In this document: positions 17,301-24,428 of the stretch, piece after piece
How the letters are laid out: each line of letters opens with the position of its first letter
Numbering within the stretch: the stretch's first letter is position 1
From: a virus
Taxonomy: Duplodnaviria > Heunggongvirae > Uroviricota > Caudoviricetes
DNA: 29,568 nt
Strand: one strand, 5' to 3'
IMG/VR virus record: IMGVR_UViG_3300032213_002044
Coordinates: 64,770 to 94,337 of that record
The notes under the pieces: model-generated
Told to the model about the DNA's origin: nothing
Databases searched by the model: none
What the model saw: the letters and a program-made list of their open reading frames with translations, nothing else
Program-made: the position numbers and the translations under genes

Positions 17301-19260
17301 AACTAGAAGTTTGGATTATGAGCAATATACAATGTATTATAAACAAGCTAATGGTGATAGGATATCATTAAGCGAATCTGATGCATTGGATTTATTAATC
17401 ACATCTAATTCTGGCTCATTAGTTTCTAATGCAAAATATTATACTGCTATATCTTGGTTAAGTGGTAGTACGATTAATTTTGGTGGTCAAAATGCAGGTG
17501 GTATTAGTGGTTCAATAGATGAGGTAAGAATTTGGGGTGGAGCATTGAGTGAATCGGTAATAACATCGCATACATTAAATCCGGATACAATATTTGGTAA
17601 CGATGTTTACTCATCCACATCAGACCTTTTTTTCCGTTCAGATTTTGAATATCCTAAAAATAGACAAACTGGAAGTGGTGATAAGTTTATAAAGAACGTA
17701 GCACCATTTGTAACATACACATCTTCTTTAGATACTAATAATAAACAAATTGTTGTAAGTGGATATAGTGGTTATGCAACTGCTAGTATTTTTACAACTG
17801 CAAGTTCTTATCCATACCAATATGATGTATATGAAAGATTCGTAACTGCTGAAGTTCCTTCAATAGGATTTGTAGGAAAGGATAAAGTACGAACTGAAGA
17901 TATCACATTAACTGGTCAACTATCATATAAACAAAGAGCAACTAAAAAGGCGTATGATAGAGCACCGATTGATTCAAACAGATTGGGATTATTCTTCTCA
18001 CCTGTTAAAGAATTGAATTTGGATATTCTTCGTTCATTAGGCCCTATCAATATTGGAGATTATATCGGAGATTGGAATGATGAATATGGAACTGATACTT
18101 ATACAGACTTAGACCAACTTAGAAATTATTATTTTGAAAGAACTCAGTTAAATTTTGATGAGTATATAAAACTTATTAAATCAATTGATAAATCTATGTT
18201 TGATATGTTAGAGCAGGTAATTCCTGTAAGAGCTAACGTATCAAAAGGATTATTAATTGAACCATCATTATTAGAAAGAAGTAAAATTAAGATTAATAGA
18301 CCGGTAGCAGAAAATATATTACATACTGCTTCTATTAATACAATGGATACGATTTTAATAGAAATGAGTGTTCCTACATATACCGGTTCTCTTAATATGA
18401 ACGATGGTATAACATTTGAAGCAACTCTTCCATACTATTCAGGTAGTTACGATATAATTGAAAATTTAAATATAACAACGGAGTATCCTACTTATGGTGG
18501 AAATTATAGTGTTATTGGAAATATTACATCTAGTGCATCTATATTATCAAATTTACCAAATGCAGGAGGCATAGTAATAGAAATAGATTGTGGGCTGAAG
18601 AATCCTACTGTTTTGGGTGAAGTTGATTTAGAAGATTCATACCAACAAGTGGGTAATGATGCAGATTCTCCATTTAACAAAGGATTTGGAATAGTAGGAT
18701 TTAATGGAGCAGTTGATAGAACGTATTATAAAGAGTCCGGCAATTTAGTATTAACTGAAAGATATAATTCATATATAATAACTGTTAAATATACTAGAAG
18801 TGTACCTAGAAGAGTTCCTGCAAACGGATTATCCGGTTCACTATTTAATACATCTAAATTAGCACCAACGGATAAGGTAGTATTGGAAAAGATAGCACGA
18901 TATGAAAAGAAATTAATTTTAATAGACCCAATAGATTATTCACTTGGTGTACCCGCTTTTAGAGCACCATTACAACATTCATTCTATATAGATATATTAG
19001 CTGGTTTAGGAACATATCCATATAAAAATGGTATAATAACTGCAATTGAGCCGTTTGTAGGGCTAACATCGGGTCATTATAGTAATACAAAGGATACCAC
19101 TAGAGGTTTGGAAAATAGTTTTTATATGGGTTCTAAGCAAACATCATTAACAACTTTGGATGGAACTCCAGCGGTTGAAACATTCTCAACTAACCCTAAT
19201 AGATTAAGAGTTGGACCAACCGGTAGAGGTAGTGGAGAACCAATTTTAGAGGTAGATTAA
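14395..19260 (+). CDS. Large baseplate/tail protein (1621 aa): Ig-like N-terminal region, P2 gpI-like domain, LamG-like domain
   Basis: MIGQHFDIIWSYI...GISDKLVYTLLENFGW...WRRILNNLPYLLKHKGTKKAINAIMACYG resembles the gpI/Tail_P2_I domain; FGG...ISGSIDEVRIWGGALS is the LamG/concanavalin C-terminal signature. Confidence 0.65.
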   Translation: MAQREIKIPFKDYRADIILDVPFEGNISVSTPAPPQAISITIINSIDRPSVRVYYKNAASLDVQETISTTRTIEVLQNSKLSIGRADAINFNITGIKVSKSDGTLVKDSSANLFDLENIVESYTINVTSQQNVTTDNIAKFSNVLQPTYKWNTELNKEFSISVGVQNATYVKYYFPNQSGANSNGAKIANVVDGTAIIVLNNPNAVGIYGLVVIAGNDLLKDGEEQRARINVYVEKTYGQPDVTNIIFDRNIIEADLRPLDFDFKFDIDTVDSEGVDVFLGDNKIFNTPIVNGEAKITLKAKELYNSYKTYFNEDDDSYEITFTLQPYFNGINGKIVGKRESFTVFVQKAKYIVSSGEVLDTFANVFSQLFSGETTKKDFEDNIVFEDDKHLYYQVKTDNDESYVITNTGADDATFSLEGEKIVPTRYEIDPQSGNTVRVREQRDYYSLIVKLLEPVAETITPNQLIWVTKQIIPSIVETIIINDSDENTCIPLKPNFGIDVVDETGYEFFNQIVASGSVTSNDIVNQYLSKSQFNLEDLNIEYTSGSNVTSSYFLKFENFVNFSSAQTRLENFQYKIETIENWENKLTTTLYSGSTLSTSSVSLLTSASYDDKIRIIKNGFDGFEKQMYVDYGVNSSNSQFFEIQKDYAEVYDRENRNYLVKHTPQFIKEDSGNLEFLSFLEMIGQHFDIIWSYINGINRIRKVTNKSTDGISDKLVYTLLENFGWDPKTPFSGHQLWQYAFGTNEDGLVKTNQNSLGNNVSPSYTPEQARNQVWRRILNNLPYLLKHKGTKKAINAIMACYGVPSSLLTIVEFGGPANSGSQSTKYTYEDRTAALNISRDEYLTVDWKEGTSFNDPDAIELRFKTSVLPFVSQSTTLYHTQSLVNIGGNGSGIWNVKLVPSGSTIYGDIVFQMSASSNVYISPGVVTSGSELVSMSIQNVPIFDNTYKHFTIQREVLSRNEYIGNTLTRSLDYEQYTMYYKQANGDRISLSESDALDLLITSNSGSLVSNAKYYTAISWLSGSTINFGGQNAGGISGSIDEVRIWGGALSESVITSHTLNPDTIFGNDVYSSTSDLFFRSDFEYPKNRQTGSGDKFIKNVAPFVTYTSSLDTNNKQIVVSGYSGYATASIFTTASSYPYQYDVYERFVTAEVPSIGFVGKDKVRTEDITLTGQLSYKQRATKKAYDRAPIDSNRLGLFFSPVKELNLDILRSLGPINIGDYIGDWNDEYGTDTYTDLDQLRNYYFERTQLNFDEYIKLIKSIDKSMFDMLEQVIPVRANVSKGLLIEPSLLERSKIKINRPVAENILHTASINTMDTILIEMSVPTYTGSLNMNDGITFEATLPYYSGSYDIIENLNITTEYPTYGGNYSVIGNITSSASILSNLPNAGGIVIEIDCGLKNPTVLGEVDLEDSYQQVGNDADSPFNKGFGIVGFNGAVDRTYYKESGNLVLTERYNSYIITVKYTRSVPRRVPANGLSGSLFNTSKLAPTDKVVLEKIARYEKKLILIDPIDYSLGVPAFRAPLQHSFYIDILAGLGTYPYKNGIITAIEPFVGLTSGHYSNTKDTTRGLENSFYMGSKQTSLTTLDGTPAVETFSTNPNRLRVGPTGRGSGEPILEVD

Positions 19261-19288
19261 AAGATTTTGTATAAAACGAATAAGTTAT

Positions 19289-19296
19289 ATATTTAT
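19289..19296 (+). promoter_or_regulatory. Candidate late-promoter motif ATATTTAT
   Basis: In the 65-nt gap before ATG 19326. Confidence 0.5.
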
Positions 19297-19325
19297 AATA
19301 GAAATAACAAAAAGAAAACCAAAAC

Positions 19326-19940
19326 ATGGCATACTTAGATAACTCGGAAATCATTGTAGATGCTATTCTAACAAAGAAAGGTAGAGAAAAATTGGCAGCT
19401 GGTCAACAATTAGGTATTACTCAATTCGCATTGGGTGATGATGAAATTGATTACCAATTATTTGATGCGGCACACCCAAAGGGTTCTGCATATTATGATG
19501 CGGCAATTAAAGCTACTCCTATATTAGAAGCTTCTCCAGATGAAACACAGGTTTTGAGATACAAACTTGTAACTCTTCCAAAAAACACAACTAAAATACC
19601 TCAAGTATCAATCGGCACAACTGCTATTAGTACTAATCAGACGAGAGGTAAAGTTTCTATTACACCTTCAACCTCACCAGCAGGTAACTCAACAAGTGGT
19701 TACACTGCGGTATTAGCTGATAAGACAGCAGGTACTTTGGTAGGAATTGGTATTGCATCATCAGGACAAATTTCTGTTAGTGATAATGTAACTGCAACAG
19801 CGGATGTTAAGAAAGGTTTAACTTTCGAATTCATCCCTAATCCGAATTTAACTTCGGCGGTTGTAACAACATTGACAGTTTATGGAAACGAAACAGGTGG
19901 TTCGATTTCTATTCCTGTGACAGTAAACTATGTAGCATAA
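19326..19940 (+). CDS. Tail-fibre anchor-like protein (N-terminal half of a P2 gpH/DUF3751-like domain)
   Basis: ILTKKGREKLAAGQQLGITQFALGD resembles the P2 gpH start VITTAGAAKLAAA...VGITTMAVGD (recalled sequence); follows the gpI-like gene. Confidence 0.55.
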   Translation: MAYLDNSEIIVDAILTKKGREKLAAGQQLGITQFALGDDEIDYQLFDAAHPKGSAYYDAAIKATPILEASPDETQVLRYKLVTLPKNTTKIPQVSIGTTAISTNQTRGKVSITPSTSPAGNSTSGYTAVLADKTAGTLVGIGIASSGQISVSDNVTATADVKKGLTFEFIPNPNLTSAVVTTLTVYGNETGGSISIPVTVNYVA

Positions 19941-19957
19941 AAATATAATATAATAAG

Positions 19958-21205
19958 ATGGCACAAATTACAGGAGCACAGGGAGCAGATTTAACCCAGA
20001 AACTTTCCCAATATTTAGTAGATAATGCGGGATTAATAGATTCTACTACGGTAGCTAATTTATTGAACCAATACTTACCTGCTAATGAAAAAGTGGGATT
20101 ATCAAGTGGTGGGGTTATTTCAAACGGAATATATAAAAAATTCGGAGATTTTGATGTTATTTCAAATAAAATAGAAGTAGTAACTGAAGGATTATGGAGT
20201 AATGGTAGCGGTAGTTTAAGTGGAGCTATTGCAACCGGTTCTACCGCAACTATAGCAGGACATAGTGGTTCAGATGCATCAAAGTATTACTTAAATGTAT
20301 TCTTAACTGGTTCTAATACCGGTTCTACTGCACCAATCGAATTTGCAGTAGCATACGGACACAAATATGGTAGTGGTTCAGTTCAGTTAACAACTTCGGA
20401 TTCTGCATTATTACCTACTAAGGCGATATACTCTCAATATAGAATTTTATTAAATAATAACTTTGAGGGAGATGCAGATGATTTCTTTACTTTTTATTCT
20501 TCTTCAGTAGAAGATGGGTATCAATCTAACCAAATCTATGTTATTAACTTAGCAAGAGCAAGATATAGACAACAAGCGGATGCGGGTAATATTAAAATCA
20601 CATTGAGTGGTTCTAATGGTACTTCGTTTACTTTCATCGATGATAGTGGTAAGAAATTCTCAGATAAAGCTGGTAAGGCTGGAACTGTATTTAATATAGT
20701 ATCTGGTTCTAATAATTTAGGAACTGAATTGGATGCTACGATTCATTCGTATGTAGCTTCTAACCAACAAGGATTTGGTAAATTTTATCCACAATTGGGT
20801 ATAATTTTATTAAACCCGGCAGCTATAGCAACCGTAGTAGGTTCAGAGGTGTTACCATCTACTGCAACAACTCCTACTGCTGAAACGTATAATCACAGAA
20901 GAATATTTAATGCAATTAAAGGTGGAGGAGATTTCGAAATGAGAAGAACTGAAAACGTATCAACTCAACACTTCTTTGTAAGAGCAACAAATAGAGAGTT
21001 TAACTTCTCTAATAATCCTACATTCACAAGTGGTTCAGATGGTACTCTAAGAGAACCTTCATTCGAGACAGACCCTAAAACATATATTACATCAGTTGGT
21101 TTATTCAATGATGCTAACGAATTAATGGCTGTGGCTAAAACTTCACAACCAATAGCGAAATCCTTCGATAAGGAGGTGTTGATTAAGGTAAAACTTGATT
21201 TTTAA
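19958..21205 (+). CDS. Tail/baseplate protein ending in the C-terminal half of a gpH/DUF3751-like domain; paralog of 21318-22859
   Basis: C-terminal YITSVGLFNDANELMAVAK resembles gpH WMRELGLYDDAGTLIAVAN; shares EFNxSxNP and GxxY..GI motifs with 21318. Confidence 0.55.
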   Translation: MAQITGAQGADLTQKLSQYLVDNAGLIDSTTVANLLNQYLPANEKVGLSSGGVISNGIYKKFGDFDVISNKIEVVTEGLWSNGSGSLSGAIATGSTATIAGHSGSDASKYYLNVFLTGSNTGSTAPIEFAVAYGHKYGSGSVQLTTSDSALLPTKAIYSQYRILLNNNFEGDADDFFTFYSSSVEDGYQSNQIYVINLARARYRQQADAGNIKITLSGSNGTSFTFIDDSGKKFSDKAGKAGTVFNIVSGSNNLGTELDATIHSYVASNQQGFGKFYPQLGIILLNPAAIATVVGSEVLPSTATTPTAETYNHRRIFNAIKGGGDFEMRRTENVSTQHFFVRATNREFNFSNNPTFTSGSDGTLREPSFETDPKTYITSVGLFNDANELMAVAKTSQPIAKSFDKEVLIKVKLDF

Positions 21206-21263
21206 ATTTTATTTTTAAACTTCATTTTTAAACTTTGTTTTTAAACTTAATTTTTAAACCTTA
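21198..21263 (+). repeat. Five-copy ~13-nt tandem repeat (consensus ATTTTTAAACTTN)
   Basis: ATTTTTAAATTTT / ATTTTTAAACTTC / ATTTTTAAACTTT / GTTTTTAAACTTA / ATTTTTAAACCTTA, starting across the upstream stop codon. Confidence 0.8.
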
Positions 21264-21273
21264 ATTTTAATAG

Positions 21274-21296
21274 AACCCGCTTCGGCGGGTTTTTTT
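21274..21296 (+). terminator. Rho-independent terminator
   Basis: AACCCGC-TTCG-GCGGGTT hairpin with a cUUCGg tetraloop followed by a T run. Confidence 0.9.
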
Positions 21297-21303
21297 AATT
21301 ATG

Positions 21304-21311
21304 ATATTTAT
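21304..21311 (+). promoter_or_regulatory. Candidate late-promoter motif ATATTTAT
   Basis: Immediately after the terminator and 6 nt before ATG 21318, where a new promoter is needed. Confidence 0.6.
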
Positions 21312-21317
21312 TGGTAT

Positions 21318-22859
21318 ATGTTTAAGTCAATTCCTAAATCCGATATCACCGTTAGACCTTTTAAAGTCTTCAAAAATTGGTCTTTTAATGAAGATACAAT
21401 AAATCTTCACGCTATTGAACGTAGAGAGGGGGCATTTGAAGATTATGAAGCATTCAATATAGCTGGTTCAGGTAGTAATTATGATTTTCAGTATTCGTAT
21501 AGTGAATATGCAACTGATAGAAGTATTAGAGCTATGTTCTATAATAATGCACCTAAATTAGTAGCGGTTGTAACGAATTGGAATTTAGAAAAACATAAAG
21601 CTAAAAAACAAAGATATTATTTAGTACAAAATATTAATGATATTACTAGTAATACAACCACATATCAATATTACTATGATATTACTACGGATTCTTATAT
21701 AGATGAGTTTCAATCATATTTAGATAATCATGGTTATATTGTTAGTGATAAGGGGCAAATATTAGCTGGTAAATTCACCGATATTACTAAGATGTATGGT
21801 AGTATGAAGAGTTTGGGGTCAGTTCAAGAAAGACAAATAGGTAATAGATTTTTCTTGTGGAATATACCAAATAAATTTATAGGAGAGGGTATAAAACCTG
21901 GTTCATTTAGAGTGGTAGATTATGGTAGAACAAGAAATACAAAAGGTAAGAAAGGAGAATTTATAACTATAGTTGATGATGGAAAATCTAATTTAATTGA
22001 TAATGATAGAGATTTATTAGGAATTATAGAATTAGATTTTAGTGGAAGTAATGATACGGGCAGTATGCTTATCAGAACAACTGAAGGGTTGGATTACACA
22101 TTTAATTTATATGAAAATGATTTTGGGGATGATACAATTAATAATGATGAAGTTCTAACTTATCAGTACAAAAATGATAGACCATACGGAGTAGATACAC
22201 GTGATATAGATGAAACAGATTTTAATGCTGGAGTAATGTTTGCAGATGAGGATTGGGATTTACCCTACCCAATACAAAATCCAAAAAAATCATTAGGTAA
22301 TATATTCTATGCAAATGGTATAGCTACTATAACTTGGCAAACAGGGTTCAGTACAGGTAGTGGTGTATATATAGAAGGAACTAATTATAATTTTGGAAGT
22401 GCGGGATATCAGATGAGTTTTCAATCTACAAAAACAATATTTGAGAATGAATTGTTTTTGGAAGTTAAACCAAACGAATTTAATATATCAACTAACCCAT
22501 CGGCTACAACTCATTATAGTGGTGGGTTGTATATAAACAAATACATAGAAAACCGACCATCCGCATTAGGTGATAGTGGTTCTTTCTTTGATTTAGATTT
22601 CCGTATTAAATCGGAACATATATTCAATTATACCTCATCGTGGGGGGCACCTGGCACTTCGGTTACTCGTTCAATAGGATTTGATGATTATGAATTTAGT
22701 TCTTCTCTAGATTCAACGGGTTCGTATTTAGCACCATACATAACTACAGTTGGATTGTATGATGATGAGATGAATTTAGTTGCAGTAGCAAAATTACCTT
22801 CTAAACCAAAATCGACACCTGATTACCCAGTGAATATAGTAGTTCGATTTGATACTTAA
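21318..22859 (+). CDS. Tail/baseplate protein, paralog of 19958-21205, ending in the gpH/DUF3751-like C-half
   Basis: GEGIKPGSF...IVDDGKSNL, GNIFYANGI, EFNISTNPS, YITTVGLYDDEMNLVAVAKLPSKP. Confidence 0.55.
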   Translation: MFKSIPKSDITVRPFKVFKNWSFNEDTINLHAIERREGAFEDYEAFNIAGSGSNYDFQYSYSEYATDRSIRAMFYNNAPKLVAVVTNWNLEKHKAKKQRYYLVQNINDITSNTTTYQYYYDITTDSYIDEFQSYLDNHGYIVSDKGQILAGKFTDITKMYGSMKSLGSVQERQIGNRFFLWNIPNKFIGEGIKPGSFRVVDYGRTRNTKGKKGEFITIVDDGKSNLIDNDRDLLGIIELDFSGSNDTGSMLIRTTEGLDYTFNLYENDFGDDTINNDEVLTYQYKNDRPYGVDTRDIDETDFNAGVMFADEDWDLPYPIQNPKKSLGNIFYANGIATITWQTGFSTGSGVYIEGTNYNFGSAGYQMSFQSTKTIFENELFLEVKPNEFNISTNPSATTHYSGGLYINKYIENRPSALGDSGSFFDLDFRIKSEHIFNYTSSWGAPGTSVTRSIGFDDYEFSSSLDSTGSYLAPYITTVGLYDDEMNLVAVAKLPSKPKSTPDYPVNIVVRFDT

Positions 22860-22872
22860 TCCGTTACGAAGT

Positions 22873-22886
22873 AATATTTATATAAA
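22873..22886 (+). promoter_or_regulatory. Candidate late-promoter motif AATATTTATATAAA
   Basis: Identical to 7363-7376, with the same 26-nt distance from motif start to ATG. Confidence 0.55.
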
Positions 22887-22898
22887 AGATACAAACAT

Positions 22899-23132
22899 AT
22901 GGCAAAGCAAATTATTGATTTATACAAGACTTCTAGAATAAAGGAGAAGAACGCTTCAGGACAAGCTAGTGATTTTAGTAAACCTAAAATCAATGGACAA
23001 ATAGCAGTAGATGGGTTTACACCAAAAGCAACTTTAGGTATCAGCGGATATAATACAGATGAAAAGGTACTAGAAGGTGCAAGAAAAGGTAAAGTGAATT
23101 CAACCAAATATTCATCCTCTACAAAGAGATAG
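22899..23132 (+). CDS. Small basic hypothetical protein (77 aa)
   Basis: K/S-rich, fills the intergenic space and has its own upstream motif; ends TAG followed by TAA. Confidence 0.55.
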   Translation: MAKQIIDLYKTSRIKEKNASGQASDFSKPKINGQIAVDGFTPKATLGISGYNTDEKVLEGARKGKVNSTKYSSSTKR

Positions 23133-23148
23133 TAAAAAAATAAAGGTT

Positions 23149-23595
23149 ATGTGGAAATATGATAAAGGGGAAATCTCAGATATAAATGAGATTCCCTATG
23201 GAGCATTTGGGTTTGTCTATGAGGTGAAACATATTCCATCTGGTAAAAAATATATTGGAAGGAAGCAACTCATATCAGTAACTACAAAAGCATTGGGTAA
23301 AAAAGAACTAGCTGAAATAACTGATAAAAGAGCTAGTAAGAAAAAGAAGGTTCAAAAAGAGAGTGATTGGAAAACATATTATGGTTCTCACTCTGAAATC
23401 AAACAACTTATTAAAGAAGGTAAAAAAGAAGAATTCGAAAGAACGATTATTGAATTTGCCTTTTCCCCAAAGCATCTTACATATTTGGAAACAAAGTATC
23501 TATTCTCATTAGGAGTATTAGAAAATGGAGATGTCTATTTCAACGATAATATATTAGGAAAGTTCTTCAGAAAAGATATACCGAGATATGAGTGA
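23149..23595 (+). CDS. GIY-YIG-fold nuclease-like protein
   Basis: FGFVYEVKHIPSGKKYIGRK (GxVY..YIG), later YYGS and LETKY..F (conserved Glu) with YFNDNI. Confidence 0.65.
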   Translation: MWKYDKGEISDINEIPYGAFGFVYEVKHIPSGKKYIGRKQLISVTTKALGKKELAEITDKRASKKKKVQKESDWKTYYGSHSEIKQLIKEGKKEEFERTIIEFAFSPKHLTYLETKYLFSLGVLENGDVYFNDNILGKFFRKDIPRYE

Positions 23596-24412
23596 TTTAT
23601 TAATTACAATTGGTGATTCGTTTACTTATGGTGAAGGATTACAATTTCATTTATGGAAAGATAAATATACTAATACCTTCGATAAATTCAAAGGTAAAAA
23701 TTCGTATGAACCTTGTCAAACAATAAGTGAAACATTTCAAGAATTTCACCTATACAGAATGGATAATAACTATAGTGGAGTTTTGGGAACGCTGATAGGT
23801 GTTAATAAAGTATCTAATTTTGGAAATGGCGGGAGTAACTATGGTGCGTTAGAAACTATGGATAAATGGTTGGATTATCTGAATCATGAAACTCAACTAA
23901 ACCCAAAATTATGTGTATTTCAATTTACCAACATTATTAGAGATATTGGACATGTTCAGAGTAACTATAGAAATACAGGTGGATTATTCGGAGCTGAGCT
24001 ATATGAGGATATAAAATATACCATAGCTAGGTTAAACCCCACACATATTCAAACAAAGGGTGATATAGAAAAAATGAATCCTATACTTGTAAAAATATTT
24101 AATACAATGTTTTTGGAAGTTAAAAAAAGATTCACTATATTAGAGGAGAAATATGGATGTAAGTGTATATTCTTACTCGGTTCAGTTGAGGAGTACTCAA
24201 GAAATCTTATTTATGATATAGCTAAGAATGATGAATACTATCTTCCTACTATATACAATGATGTTCCCTATGAAAGTTGGGATATAATGAATAGAAAGTG
24301 TGGACTCACTCTAAGAGAAAATATAGGGGTAAATGATGACCACCCTTGTTTAGAATCTCACAATTGGTTAGCTAATCAGCTTTACAAAAAATATTTGGAA
24401 ATCTCCAAATAA
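23588..24412 (+). CDS. SGNH/GDSL hydrolase-like protein (paralog 2)
   Basis: ITIGDSFT, GNGGSN, QFTNIIRD, NDDHPCLESH. Confidence 0.65.
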   Translation: MSDLLITIGDSFTYGEGLQFHLWKDKYTNTFDKFKGKNSYEPCQTISETFQEFHLYRMDNNYSGVLGTLIGVNKVSNFGNGGSNYGALETMDKWLDYLNHETQLNPKLCVFQFTNIIRDIGHVQSNYRNTGGLFGAELYEDIKYTIARLNPTHIQTKGDIEKMNPILVKIFNTMFLEVKKRFTILEEKYGCKCIFLLGSVEEYSRNLIYDIAKNDEYYLPTIYNDVPYESWDIMNRKCGLTLRENIGVNDDHPCLESHNWLANQLYKKYLEISK

Positions 24413-24425
24413 TTTCGTATATTTG
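24394..24425 (+). promoter_or_regulatory. Bacteroidota housekeeping-sigma promoter (-33 TTTG, -7 TATATTTG)
   Basis: TTTG 24394-24397, 20-nt spacer, TATATTTG 24418-24425; matches the TTTG-N19-21-TAnnTTTG consensus. Confidence 0.75.
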
Positions 24426-24428
24426 GGT

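Noticed and set aside
4602-22859. eCIS/tailocin/T6SS interpretation of the baseplate cluster
   Set aside because: Flanked by a phage sigma, primase, ThyA and recombination nuclease with no host housekeeping genes; a lytic phage genome is more parsimonious.
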